Shown here piece by piece: positions 19,200-29,693 of a stretch of DNA of 64,000 bases; the first letter of the stretch is position 1; the number at the start of each line of letters is the position of its first letter. The notes under the pieces are model-generated. The model did no database searches and was not told where the DNA came from. It was given only the letters and a program-made list of their open reading frames with translations. This stretch comes from Leptospiraceae bacterium (GTDB lineage Bacteria; Spirochaetota; Leptospiria; Leptospirales; Leptonemataceae): assembly GCA_040217195.1 (NCBI GenBank), contig JAVJNR010000003.1, forward strand, positions 64,001 through 128,000, in the 5' to 3' direction. The translations under genes were made by a program, and so were the position numbers.

Positions 19200-19580
19200 T
19201 TAGTCCAACACGGCATCGGTATGTACCTCGAACCACAGTTTTTCTGGTAACGGCTTCAGGGGGAAAGAAAAATTTGCATTACCCTTAAAAACGGACTTCA
19301 GGTATCCTCGGTCGCCGGAGATGGGTCCTTCATATTCCAGGTATTTTCGGCGATGATCTGCTTTGCGATGAACCGGCCATCCCAGGGCTCGAGCTTTTAC
19401 ATCCGCTGATAGTTCAAACCTGAAACTTTCTAATCCAGAAACCTTAGTCTGCAGTGCCTTCAAATCCTGCTCGCTTATTTCGTATGTGGGAAGACTCTGT
19501 TCACCGGTATCCAGAAAAAGATCCCCATGGGCCCCCGAACCAATTAGATGGTGCGCTAGATGGAAGCGCAGCACATTCAT
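19200..19580 (-). CDS. Stand-alone LigD 3'-phosphoesterase-like domain protein
   Basis: H…HGDLFL and DHRRKYLEYEGPISGDRG motifs; start overlaps hom stop (TGATG). Confidence 0.6.
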   Translation of the reverse strand: MNVLRFHLAHHLIGSGAHGDLFLDTGEQSLPTYEISEQDLKALQTKVSGLESFRFELSADVKARALGWPVHRKADHRRKYLEYEGPISGDRGYLKSVFKGNANFSFPLKPLPEKLWFEVHTDAVLD

Positions 19581-20860
19581 CAGCCCTGTCCTGGCTCCTC
19601 CAGGCGAAGAGCCACTGTAGGCGCTCGAACCATTTCCATCTCGTTAATGATCTTAAGTGCGCCAGACAATGCGCTTTCCCGGGCCTCATGAGTTACGATG
19701 ACTACATCCACAGGCTCCGGGCCTTCTTCCTGATGCATTGTAGCAATACTGATTTCATGGTCCGCCAGAACCCTGGAAATGCCAGCCAGTACTCCGGCCC
19801 GGTCCAGTGTTCTAAATCGAAGATAGAATCGATAGATTGCATCTTTTGCACATTCAAGGGTCCCTGTCCCGGACATCCAGATTTCCGGATCGCTATTCGG
19901 ATTCCGGGCAATGGCAGCAATGTCTCCCAGAACGGCACTGGCAGTGGGAAGTGCTCCGGCGCCTCGTCCAACAATCATGGTGGGTCCCGAATAGGAATCA
20001 TCCATAAACAATGCATTGTTTTCCTCTTCAACGGAGGAGAGCAGATGTTCCCTTGAAATTAGAGCTGGATGCACTCGCAGATGGTATCCATCGGATTTCT
20101 TTTTGGCCACAGCCAGCAGGCGTATAACCTTGCCCATTCGCATGGCCATTGCATGATCTAGAGGACTGAGTTCTGTAATTCCTTCTACCCGGATATCCGA
20201 TTCCTGAACCAGATGGTCGAAAGATAGAGTTGAAAGAATAGCCAGCTTCTGAGCAGCATCCCGGCCACTGACATCGAATGCAGGATCTGCCTCTGCGAAT
20301 CCTTTTTCCTGAGCGATTTTAAGCGCATCTTCGTAGGCCATGTCCTCTTTTTGCATTCTGGTGATTATAAAATTGCAGGTGCCGTTGAGGATTCCAAACA
20401 TTTCCCGGATTTCGCTACCGACCCATACCCGGCGAAGATTTCGGATAACAGGAAGTGCTCCGGCAACAGCCGCTTCAAAACCCACTTCCTTTCGGGCTTT
20501 CTGAGCCTGTTCGAATATTTCTTTTCCATGGTTGGCCAGCAATGCCTTGTTGGCCGTGACTACATGTTTTCCATTTTCGAGAGCCTTTAGCACCCATTGC
20601 CGGGCAGGATCCAGGCCACCGATCAGTTCTACTACTACATCCACATCCGGCCTGGACATTACAGCCAGGGCATCGTCGCTTACATCAAAATCCCGATTCT
20701 TTAAGAATGGTTTTCTGGCATGAGAACGATCTGCAACAGCGACTATTCTAATTTTCTTTCCGATTCGCTCGGAGAGGTTTCTGGCTCTACCTTCAATTAG
20801 CTCAATCAGGCCCTGACCAACGGTACCGGCACCCAGAAGAGCTATGCGAAGCTCATTCAT
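19580..20860 (-). CDS. hom: Homoserine dehydrogenase with C-terminal ACT domain
   Basis: GAGTVG, VVTANKAL, FEAAVAGALP, GILNGTCN, GFAEADP…DAAQK, GAGALPTASAV, DRAGVLA. Confidence 0.96.
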   Translation of the reverse strand: MNELRIALLGAGTVGQGLIELIEGRARNLSERIGKKIRIVAVADRSHARKPFLKNRDFDVSDDALAVMSRPDVDVVVELIGGLDPARQWVLKALENGKHVVTANKALLANHGKEIFEQAQKARKEVGFEAAVAGALPVIRNLRRVWVGSEIREMFGILNGTCNFIITRMQKEDMAYEDALKIAQEKGFAEADPAFDVSGRDAAQKLAILSTLSFDHLVQESDIRVEGITELSPLDHAMAMRMGKVIRLLAVAKKKSDGYHLRVHPALISREHLLSSVEEENNALFMDDSYSGPTMIVGRGAGALPTASAVLGDIAAIARNPNSDPEIWMSGTGTLECAKDAIYRFYLRFRTLDRAGVLAGISRVLADHEISIATMHQEEGPEPVDVVIVTHEARESALSGALKIINEMEMVRAPTVALRLEEPGQG

Positions 20861-21147
20861 GATTTGCCCTCATCGCCTCGTCTAAAGAAATTCAGTCCTC
20901 TGGATTCATTGCTCGAATCTGACTGCATCTTTTCCAGAGCCTGTTCATCCACCTGGAATGCTGCTTCCGATCTTCTTCTCTTGCCTCTTTGTGGCATTTC
21001 TCGAAGTAATTCTTCCAATCGCTTCTGAGCCAGACGGTCATTTCTAACCTGATTCACCACTGATTTCGGATAGGACTCGGGATAATTATGAATATTCAAG
21101 AGCTCGATGTCATCCAGCGGTATGGATTCTTGTTTCTTACGCGCCAT
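20857..21147 (-). CDS. Hypothetical protein (96 aa)
   Basis: ATG start; stop overlaps hom start (ATGA). Confidence 0.65.
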   Translation of the reverse strand: MARKKQESIPLDDIELLNIHNYPESYPKSVVNQVRNDRLAQKRLEELLREMPQRGKRRRSEAAFQVDEQALEKMQSDSSNESRGLNFFRRGDEGKS

Positions 21148-21243
21148 AGATCTCTGGGAAAACGCCTGGAGGGCATGACTCAGTCAAGTCAATTCACCTG
21201 GTTTTTCTTGACACATCAGGCTGAGCGGGCCTTTCAAGAGTCT

Positions 21244-22656
21244 GTGAACCCATTTAATGCCCTGGAGCGCTCCATAAAACGATTCTATGCTCCGGCACCC
21301 AGCACAACTCCCCTTTCCTCTGCTGAAGTTGAGAAAAAGTACCCCTGGATGAGATGGCAAATCCTGGAATCTACATTCCTGGGATACGCTACATTTTACC
21401 TGGTTCGAAATAACCTGGCTCCGGCCCAGGCAGCCTTCGGCGAAGCCATGGGCTATGATAAGACGATGCTGGGCACAATAATTACAGCCACTGCAATCTC
21501 CTATGGCATGGGTAAATTCATAATGGGAGGAATGTCAGACAGAAGCAATCCCCGGGTCTTTATGGCCACTGGTCTGATCCTTAGCGCTATATGTAATTTT
21601 CTCTTTGGAATGGCTCAGGACTATCAGGCACATTTATTTCTCTGGTCATTGAATGGATTCTTTCAGGGGATGGGCTGGGGGCCCTGTGGAAGAAGCCTGG
21701 GACACTGGTACGCATTGCGAGAAAGGGGAACCATTTTCGGAGTATGGAACATTGCTCATAATGTGGGTGGTGCTGTCATTGGTGCATTGTCCGGCTATCT
21801 GGCCAAGAACTACGGATGGGAAAATGCATTCATAGTACCAGGGATCATTGCTTTGATCGGAGCTGCCTATTTGATCTGGCGATTAAGAGATACTCCGCAG
21901 TCAGTGGGATTACCACCGGTAGAAAATTATATCAATCAACATCCGGATCGAGCGCTGGATTTTTCGGGTAAGCAGTACCCCGCTTCTGGCTCAAAGGAAA
22001 TAGGTTCTGAGATTCTACATCATCCTGAAGTGGATGATCCGGAACGGGAATTGAGTACAAAGGAATTATTCTTCAACTACATACTCAGTAATCCAGCGCT
22101 CTGGATTTTCGCATTTTGTAACTTCTTCGTTTACATTGGTCGCTACAGTCTTCTGGACTGGGGGCCCACATACCTGGCTGAAGAAAAAGGGGCTACACTG
22201 TTGCAAGGTGGAAATAGCAATACCATATTTGAAATAGCCGGCATTTTTTCCACGTTACTGGTAGGCTGGCTTTCCGACCGACTGGGCGGACGACGAGGAA
22301 TGGTATCATTGCTCTGCCTGATTCCCATACTGGGCTCTGTCATTGCCATCTGGATGATTCCGCCCGGTCATCTTTACCTTGATCTATTCTTCTTTGGAGT
22401 GATTGGATTTTTTATCTATCCTCCGGTTATGCTACTGGGCGTGGCAGGCCTGGACTTTACGTCTAAAAAAGCTGTGGGAGCCGCGGCCGGATTCATCGGT
22501 CTGTTCGGATATGCCGGTCGCGCAGTACAGGGCACAGGCCTGGGATGGATTGCAGAAAACTACGGTTGGAACGCCTCCCTTTCAGCGATTGCAATATGTA
22601 TGGTCCTGGCCATTATTCTACTTTCCTTTACCTGGAAATTGCGTCCTCAGAGCTGA
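21244..22656 (+). CDS. glpT: MFS organophosphate:Pi antiporter (GlpT/UhpT family)
   Basis: GYATFYLVRNN, SDRSNPR, QGMGWGPC, ERGT…WNIAHNVGG, AAAGFIGLFGY; start uncertain (GTG 21244 chosen). Confidence 0.82.
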   Translation: MNPFNALERSIKRFYAPAPSTTPLSSAEVEKKYPWMRWQILESTFLGYATFYLVRNNLAPAQAAFGEAMGYDKTMLGTIITATAISYGMGKFIMGGMSDRSNPRVFMATGLILSAICNFLFGMAQDYQAHLFLWSLNGFFQGMGWGPCGRSLGHWYALRERGTIFGVWNIAHNVGGAVIGALSGYLAKNYGWENAFIVPGIIALIGAAYLIWRLRDTPQSVGLPPVENYINQHPDRALDFSGKQYPASGSKEIGSEILHHPEVDDPERELSTKELFFNYILSNPALWIFAFCNFFVYIGRYSLLDWGPTYLAEEKGATLLQGGNSNTIFEIAGIFSTLLVGWLSDRLGGRRGMVSLLCLIPILGSVIAIWMIPPGHLYLDLFFFGVIGFFIYPPVMLLGVAGLDFTSKKAVGAAAGFIGLFGYAGRAVQGTGLGWIAENYGWNASLSAIAICMVLAIILLSFTWKLRPQS

Positions 22657-22667
22657 TTCGATCTAGA

Positions 22668-23681
22668 ATGTTTAATGCAGAACATAGAAAGTTAAGACAG
22701 CCGGGCACAGCCGTGGCACCTGGAGAAGAAGAACTTACTTCGGTGTACCTGGCTGGCCCGGATGAATCCATTGAAGCGGAAATCTGTCCTGAGGTTGGAT
22801 GCACATGTTTTTCGCTTCGAATTAAGGGAGAGGAGCTTTTACATTTTCCCTTTAATCTCAATCATTATAGAGCCAGCAAGGACCTGGCAGGAATTCCAGT
22901 ATTATACCCCTGGGCCAATCGACTGGAAAAGGACTTAATCCCCTTTCGCGGAAAGGAGTTCCCGCTGAGTGGCGAAAGCATCTATCGAGATGGAAATGGT
23001 TTACCAATCCATGGACTTATCCTGAAATCCAGTTCCTGGACTTTGAAAGATCTGAATGCATCCCGAGATTTCGCAAGAGCTCTGTTTGAGTTTGACATTG
23101 AGTCAGATGCAGTGATGCGAAACAACTTTCCATTCGCACAGGCTATCCTGCTAACCTTTGAGCTCCAGGAAAACACTCTTAGAATTTTGCTGGAAGTGGA
23201 GAATCGAGATAGAAGCCCTTTTCCCGTAACTCCAGGATTTCATCCCTACTTTTCCCTGGGAAAATATGAACGAAATAACGTAAGACTTTCCATACCAGCG
23301 CGCAACTCTATGGGCCTGGATAGTCAATATCTTCCGGATGGTTCCAGTCTATCTGTCACCGAGAAATGGCCGGATCATGCAAATCTAATACTGGGAAGCC
23401 ATAAATTCGACACAGTATTTACGGACCTGGAGGGTGAGGACCCGGTTTTCAAACTGATTCGGCCGGACCTCAGCATAAATCTGCACTGTGGCAAAGATTT
23501 TCCTGTGGGGATCGTATATAGTCCTCCTGCGGAGAGATTCGTATGTCTGGAGCCAATGACTGCGCCCACCAATGCCATGTTCATGCATAGCAGAGGGCAA
23601 TGGGAAATACCGATTCTGGAACCAGGTCAGAAGCAAATGTTTGAGCACTGGATTGAAATCGGCCCAGGACATTCTAAGTGA
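22668..23681 (+). CDS. Aldose 1-epimerase family protein
   Basis: GIPVLYPWANRL, PIHGL, GFHPYF, FVCLEPMT. Confidence 0.88.
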   Translation: MFNAEHRKLRQPGTAVAPGEEELTSVYLAGPDESIEAEICPEVGCTCFSLRIKGEELLHFPFNLNHYRASKDLAGIPVLYPWANRLEKDLIPFRGKEFPLSGESIYRDGNGLPIHGLILKSSSWTLKDLNASRDFARALFEFDIESDAVMRNNFPFAQAILLTFELQENTLRILLEVENRDRSPFPVTPGFHPYFSLGKYERNNVRLSIPARNSMGLDSQYLPDGSSLSVTEKWPDHANLILGSHKFDTVFTDLEGEDPVFKLIRPDLSINLHCGKDFPVGIVYSPPAERFVCLEPMTAPTNAMFMHSRGQWEIPILEPGQKQMFEHWIEIGPGHSK

Positions 23682-23797
23682 TATTCCGGTAATCCTGAAT
23701 AATCAGGCGCGCATCTTTAGAAGCTAGCATGGAGTTATACAACAAACGTTCGTATAGCAGCCGGGCAAAACATTCCTGTGTTCGCATGATGCAAAAT

Positions 23798-23816
23798 GGC
23801 GCTGGAAGTCAGCGCC
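23798..23816. terminator. Hairpin between convergent genes, possible terminator
   Basis: GGCGCTG-gaagt-CAGCGCC; short A-run on the left gives a U-tract for the minus strand. Confidence 0.4.
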
Positions 23817-23820
23817 TGTG

Positions 23821-23862
23821 CGACTAAATCAGATCGACTAAATCAGATCGTTTCAATCAGAA
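23821..23862. repeat. 14-bp tandem repeat (2 perfect copies plus 1 degenerate)
   Basis: CGACTAAATCAGAT CGACTAAATCAGAT CGTTTCAATCAGAA. Confidence 0.8.
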
Positions 23863-23865
23863 CGG

Positions 23866-24666
23866 TCAATTCGCCAGGAAATCCACTGTAGTCCGGGAAA
23901 GGGATCCCAGCTCAAATCCGTCCAGAGGATACTGAATTCTATTATGAGCCGCCGTCCGGGCCGCCCCCGCCACAACGATTAAAGGCAGAAAGTGCTCTTG
24001 CGATGGATGATTGATTTGTGCATGTGGAGCAGTCCTTCTATAATTCAGCAACGCTTCATCGTCGCCGTCTTCCAGGGCTTTTTTAATGAAATCCTGGAAT
24101 TGCTGCATCGGAGCCGGCACCTCCATTCCACCGGAGAAATCTATAGCCCCCAGGTTATGCGTTAATCCTCCGCTTCCTATTAACCAGACTCCTTTTCTGC
24201 TGCCCATCCAATTGGCAATATGCTGGCCCAGGGCAAATAGCTCTGCCGGTGTATAGGAGGGCAAACTGATCTGTAGAATGGGTACATTTGCCTCGGGAAA
24301 AAGCCAGTACATAGGAGTCCAGACCCCATGATCCCATCCGCGTTCTTCCTGGTGCACAGTAAGTCCCTGTTTCTGAAGATACTGCTGCAAAGAACTTCGA
24401 TCTTCTGGTGCTCCAGGCGCAGGATACTGAATCTTATAAAGCTCTTCAGGAAATCCGTAGAAGTCATAAATCAAATCCAGACTTTCTGCAGTTCCCAGTA
24501 TCAATTCCCTGCTTTCCCAGTGAGCTGAAACTAGAATTATCAGTTCCGGCCCAGTCTGATCATGCGAACTCCAGAGCTGCTTTCGCCATTTCAGGTATTG
24601 CTCACCGCGATCACTGTCCATGACCATGGTTGGCGCTCCATGACTAATAAAAGAAAAACCGTTCAT
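23866..24666 (-). CDS. DODA-type (LigB family, YgiD-like) extradiol dioxygenase
   Basis: FISHGAP, SAHW, IYDFYGFP, RGWDHGVW, GSGGLTHNL, HPSQEHFLPL. Confidence 0.92.
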   Translation of the reverse strand: MNGFSFISHGAPTMVMDSDRGEQYLKWRKQLWSSHDQTGPELIILVSAHWESRELILGTAESLDLIYDFYGFPEELYKIQYPAPGAPEDRSSLQQYLQKQGLTVHQEERGWDHGVWTPMYWLFPEANVPILQISLPSYTPAELFALGQHIANWMGSRKGVWLIGSGGLTHNLGAIDFSGGMEVPAPMQQFQDFIKKALEDGDDEALLNYRRTAPHAQINHPSQEHFLPLIVVAGAARTAAHNRIQYPLDGFELGSLSRTTVDFLAN

Positions 24667-24785
24667 CTTACTATTTGTGTGCTCAGAGCTCAAAGAGTTA
24701 CTCAAATTCCGGGTCATGGCAAATGGAAAGTAAATAAGATATGGGTCTTTTTTGCCCCTGCTGAGGCCCACCTGATGCAAATATC

Positions 24786-26864
24786 TTGATCTTCTCTTAC
24801 GTCAATCCAGGATCATCCCCGTTGCAAGATAGAGAATTCACCTTTCGAGCAGTCTTTCTGGGTCTGATTCTATCGGTGGTCCTGGGGGCCGCCAATACAT
24901 ACCTGGGGCTTTATGCAGGGCTTACCGTATCGGCTTCCATCCCGGCCGCTGTTATATCCATGTTTATACTGCGAAAGGTGCTTCGTTCCGGAAGCATTCT
25001 TGAGAACAACATTGTGCAATCCATGGCTTCTGCCGGAGAATCCCTGGCGGCAGGGGTAATCTTTACAATACCGGCTCTTATTATTTCCCGAAACTGGCAT
25101 GATTTTGCGTTCTGGCCCACAACTCTGGTGGCATTTTCAGGAGGGATGCTGGGTATTCTGTTTTTGATCCCATTTCGCAAGCCGTTCATTTCCACAGACC
25201 AACAAAGACCGGAGCTTAAACAGGATCTGATCTATCCGGAAGGCGAAGCCTGCGCTCTGGTTCTAAAAACCGGAGATCAGTCCGGTCAGGCTACGTCCAT
25301 TTTCTCAGGAATGACAGTTGGAATCCTATTCAAATTCATTACTTCCTTACTTGTTAAATCCAGCGCCTACTTCGTATTGCCTTTGAGCGGATCCGGTCGC
25401 CGGGTTGGATATATGGGTCTGGACTTTTCTGTAGCTCTTGCTGGCGTGGGCTTCATTGTTGGTCTTCGCATTGCAGCCATGGTATTTGCAGGGGGACTGA
25501 TTACCTGGATGTTCATTTTGCCGCTTTTTGGACCGATAAATCCGGCTACATCTCTGGAACCACAGGTATTCAGCTTCTGGTCGGCCCATGGCAGATTCGC
25601 AGGGGTGGGAGCTATGCTCATTGGCACCGTAGAATCTTTGCTACTTGCATCCTCCGTATTGCGAACCTTTTCTTTGAATTCCCTAAAGGATAAATTGAAA
25701 TCCTTATTCGATGGCTCCAGTCCGGCTGCAGAGGCTAAGACGGTTGCTCCAATGTCGGAAACGGAAAGAGATCTACCTCCCTGGCTGGTTGCAGGCCTTA
25801 TTCTGTTCACATCCATCGTGGCTGGCTCTCTAATAGTAAACATGAATGGTTGGCTGGCTCTTCCGCTCATTTTCTGGATCTTAATTCTATCATTTCCTGT
25901 GGTGGCCGTGGCGGCTTACCTGGTGGGCCTCGTGGGCTCCTCGAATTCACCTGTTTCTGGAATAACGCTTACAGTATTGCTACTCACCGGCATTTTGCTT
26001 CTACCATTCCTGGATGGAAAAGAAGGAGTACTGGCCATGCTTCTGGTTGCGGGAATGATTTGCTGTGCAGCTGCCACCTCGGGCGACATAGCCCAGGATT
26101 TGCGCACCGGTTCATTGGTAGGAGCCCGGCCCTACAGGCAGCAACTGGCAGAAATTCTAGGAGTAGCGGTTAGCGCTCCTTTCTTTGCTCTGGTTTTGCA
26201 GCTACTGCATGAAACCTATGGTATTGGAGACCAGGGGCTACTCAAAGCGCCCCAGGCCACTCTGTTTGCCTCTCTGGCAGAGAGCATGTTCTCTGATGCT
26301 CCCTTGCCTGTATTCATGATCTCTGTGGGAGCACTGCTTGGAGCTCTGCTTTTTTTCTGGAATCGCTATGGACTTTACCGAATACCCATCATGCCCGTGG
26401 CCGTAGGTATGTACCTACCTCTAAGTGTTTCCAGTCCGTTACTACTTGGAGGTATTCTATTCTATGCCCATCGACGATGGAGTTCCGGATCCAGAACCGA
26501 GGATTCAATTTCGCAAAGCAAGTCAGAGGCCACGGCAGCTCTGGATTCAATTGTTGCAAGTCCCCTGGAGTCAGAAAACAACGAGAATTCAGACCTGAAC
26601 CGGGCCAAAGCCGGGTCCGATTCGCCTGCATCCGAAACAGAAGGCGGATGGAAATCTACCTTGAATCGATGGGTGGGAGATCCGTTGCTTTACAGTTCCG
26701 GCCTAATAGCTGGTGAAGCCCTGGGCGGAATTATGCTGGCTCTGTGGATTCTGTATGCCGGGGGGAGCACCGGAGGAAGTTCTTATTTCATTGGCCTGGT
26801 CATATTTTTAATTGTGTTGTTGCCAATGTCTCCGGTCCTATCAAGATTCACCCGACGGTCCTAG
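24786..26864 (+). CDS. OPT-family oligopeptide transporter
   Basis: EFTFRA, YLGLYAGLTVSASIPAAV, ENNIVQ…SAGES, YPEG, APQA, SGLIAGEAL. Confidence 0.92.
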   Translation: MIFSYVNPGSSPLQDREFTFRAVFLGLILSVVLGAANTYLGLYAGLTVSASIPAAVISMFILRKVLRSGSILENNIVQSMASAGESLAAGVIFTIPALIISRNWHDFAFWPTTLVAFSGGMLGILFLIPFRKPFISTDQQRPELKQDLIYPEGEACALVLKTGDQSGQATSIFSGMTVGILFKFITSLLVKSSAYFVLPLSGSGRRVGYMGLDFSVALAGVGFIVGLRIAAMVFAGGLITWMFILPLFGPINPATSLEPQVFSFWSAHGRFAGVGAMLIGTVESLLLASSVLRTFSLNSLKDKLKSLFDGSSPAAEAKTVAPMSETERDLPPWLVAGLILFTSIVAGSLIVNMNGWLALPLIFWILILSFPVVAVAAYLVGLVGSSNSPVSGITLTVLLLTGILLLPFLDGKEGVLAMLLVAGMICCAAATSGDIAQDLRTGSLVGARPYRQQLAEILGVAVSAPFFALVLQLLHETYGIGDQGLLKAPQATLFASLAESMFSDAPLPVFMISVGALLGALLFFWNRYGLYRIPIMPVAVGMYLPLSVSSPLLLGGILFYAHRRWSSGSRTEDSISQSKSEATAALDSIVASPLESENNENSDLNRAKAGSDSPASETEGGWKSTLNRWVGDPLLYSSGLIAGEALGGIMLALWILYAGGSTGGSSYFIGLVIFLIVLLPMSPVLSRFTRRS

Positions 26865-26909
26865 TACCTTTACTCCCGTTCCAGGGAGCCGACTGCACGC
26901 AAAAATTTT

Positions 26910-29693
26910 ATGAAACGAGATCTGAGAGGCATCTTCTATATTCCATTGATTTACTTCATCCTGGGAAGCCTCTGGATTCTTGTGTCCGACAAGATCGCAT
27001 TGTCGGAAGTTACGGATCCAGTAGCTATGAATCAGCTTCAGACTTTAAAAGGTCTGGCCTATGTAACCGCTTCATCACTGCTACTGTTTGCTCTGGTATA
27101 CTTCTATACCAGGAACCTGGATGCGAACCGAATGCGATTGCAGGATTCCAGAAACAAGCTCCGGAATATTATTGAAAGTCTTCCCAGTGGAATTGCAGAA
27201 ACAGATGCTGCGGGTCGCGTGGAGTATGTATCCGATCGATTTGCGGCCATTGCAGGACTGGAAAAAAAGAGAATCCTGAACCAGTATATTCAGGATTTCT
27301 TTCCCGAGGTTTCGCAGATCATCGATGCTGATTTCTCTGCACCCGGAACTCCGGAAGTGCTTTCTCTGTGGCAATCCTCCGGAATGAGTCCGGACCAGAA
27401 AGCATTTCGCATTAGATGTTTTCTGAGGTCTGCAGGGGAGTCCAAAGAGACTGTGTCCGGTCGTCGATTCGAGTTAACCGACATTACCCGATCCTATCGC
27501 AGAGATAAGATCCAGCGTACAATGCGAGACCTGGATCAAATGATTATCAATGAGCAGTCCCAGTATCAGATCTTTCATTTCCTCTGCCATCGATTTCAGG
27601 AAATTTATGGGCTTCCTCTTTGCTGGATTGGAGTGGCCGAGCCCGATTTTTCTGTTCGAATCGCAGCGCATGCTGGACCCAGAAAGGATTATCTTCGCAA
27701 TCTCTCAGTTCGCTGGGATGAAAGTACTGCCGGCGAAGGTCCGGCAGGGAGAGCCATTCGATTCCAGCAGGTATACAGATCCGATCAACCAGAAATGGAT
27801 ATGGGCCCCTGGGCTGTGGCCATGTTCACTCATAACCTGCGCACTGCTGTAGCCTTCCCTCTTGTGGTGGATCGTCGTTCTATTGGGGTGTTCTGCCTGT
27901 ACTCGGAAGATAATCAGGGATTCCGGGATGAAATTCTAGCAGAGCTGGATGAGGCAGCAGAAAGACTATCTCTTACTATTAGCTTTTCGCTGAAGAAAGA
28001 GCGATTGGAGCTTTTTTCCAGAGCCATGGATTCGGCTGCAAATGTAATCTTTGTAGTGGACCATCTACTACGAATGGTCTGGTCCAACCGTGCCTTTCAA
28101 GAAAGAAGTAATCTGAGACCGCCGGAACTATTTCAGAAATCAATATCGGAAATTCCGTATCTTGAAGGTAGGGACTACCAGGAAGCACTTGGCCGTACCT
28201 TGCTTAGCGGTCGAGTGTGGACCGGGGAAATCATAGAAGGTTCCATGGAAGGAGACCATAGAATTGCATTTCTCACCGTTACACCCATTGAAAACGATTC
28301 TGGACAGATCCGATATCTATCGGTGGTTCAAGAAGATATTACAGAAGTCAGGGAAGCAGAAAAACGAATTCGCAGCATTAGCATATTCGATAGTGTAACT
28401 GGCCTACCCAATCGAAAACGATTCGAACAGGTACTCAGTGCCACCATTCAAGCCGCCCGTCCGGACGAGCAATTGATCGGACTGTTTGTTTTCGACCTGG
28501 TCCGATTCAAAGAAATCAATGAGCAAATGGGGTTCCGGGGAGGTGATCGATACCTTCAAGAACTTGCCAATATGCTCAAATCAGAGTTACCTGAGAATGG
28601 CACTCTGTTTCGTCTGGATAGCGATGTATTTGCCGTCCTGCTAGAAGATCTCCCGGATACAGAAACAGCGGTCAAGCTTTCGTACGAGATTGCTCAAACC
28701 GCCGGCAGTAACGTTAGCATTGGCGACCATACCTGGGCCAGGGAAATCCATGGTGGGTTATCTTTCTTTCCGCTAGATGGAGGTTCCTTCGAGCAGCTAT
28801 TCAATTGCGCAGAAATTGCTCAGGACCAGGCCCGCCAGGAAGGACCGGGTAGAATACTACAGTTTTCCGAAGAGATGGTTCGCGAAAGTAGAAACACTCT
28901 GAAATTGCATCAGGAAATCTACAACGCCCTGAATGAGGGACAATTTAGATTGGTCTTCCAGCCTGAGTTTAACGTTCTAACCCAGGAGGTTTTTCGTTTC
29001 GAGGCTTTGATGCGATGGAATCATCCGGAAAAAGGCGAAGTATCGCCTGCAACGTTTATACCGGTTGCAGAGCACTTTGGAAGTATTCTAGATCTGGGCG
29101 ATTTTCTCTTTCAGGAACTTCTGAGACTGGAATCTGAATGGAAGTCCAGATTGGGCCGCACTCTACCCATCGCCATTAATCTTTCGCCGGCTCAATTCAG
29201 AGATCCTCATCTGGTGCAGAAGATTGGAGCCCTTCTGGAAGAGTTCTAGGATGACGAACCATTTCTGGAGCTGGAAGTGACTGAAACGGCTCTGTTTTCG
29301 GACCTACAAATCGCAGAAACGCAGATGACACGCTTAAGAGCCAGAAACCTTCGGATCAGCCTGGATGATTTTGGTACCGGCTACTCTTCGCTTTCTGCAA
29401 TTCGCACATTTCCGATTACTGGTATAAAAATCGATCGGAGCTTTGTTTCTGGTCTGCCAGAGAATCATAGAAATCAGGCTATAGTTAAATCCATGATAGA
29501 CCTGGCTAAAAATATGAAACTTACCGTTGTGGCAGAAGGCACGGAAACCAGATCCCAGATTGAAATCTTAAGGGACCTGGGTTGCATCCGCTGCCAGGGG
29601 TATCTATTCAGTCCTCCGGTGGAAGCCTCTGCAGTGACCAAAAAGATTCAGGAAGGTACGTTCAAGATGGCAAGGACTCATCAGCTATATTAG
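26910..29693 (+). pseudogene. Membrane-anchored PAS-GAF-PAS-GGDEF(degenerate)-EAL c-di-GMP protein interrupted by an in-frame TAG at 29247-29249
   Basis: ORFs 26910..29249 and 29277..29693 share a frame and read LLEEF*DDEPFLELEVTET; FEALMRW lies before the stop, DDFGTGYSS and VVAEGTET after it. Confidence 0.85.

Noticed and set aside
29247..29249. Genome-wide TAG reassignment or pyrrolysine
   Set aside because: TAG terminates other genes at their expected ends (manA 12083, DegT-like 13353, ynbB-like 17349) and no other gene shows an internal TAG
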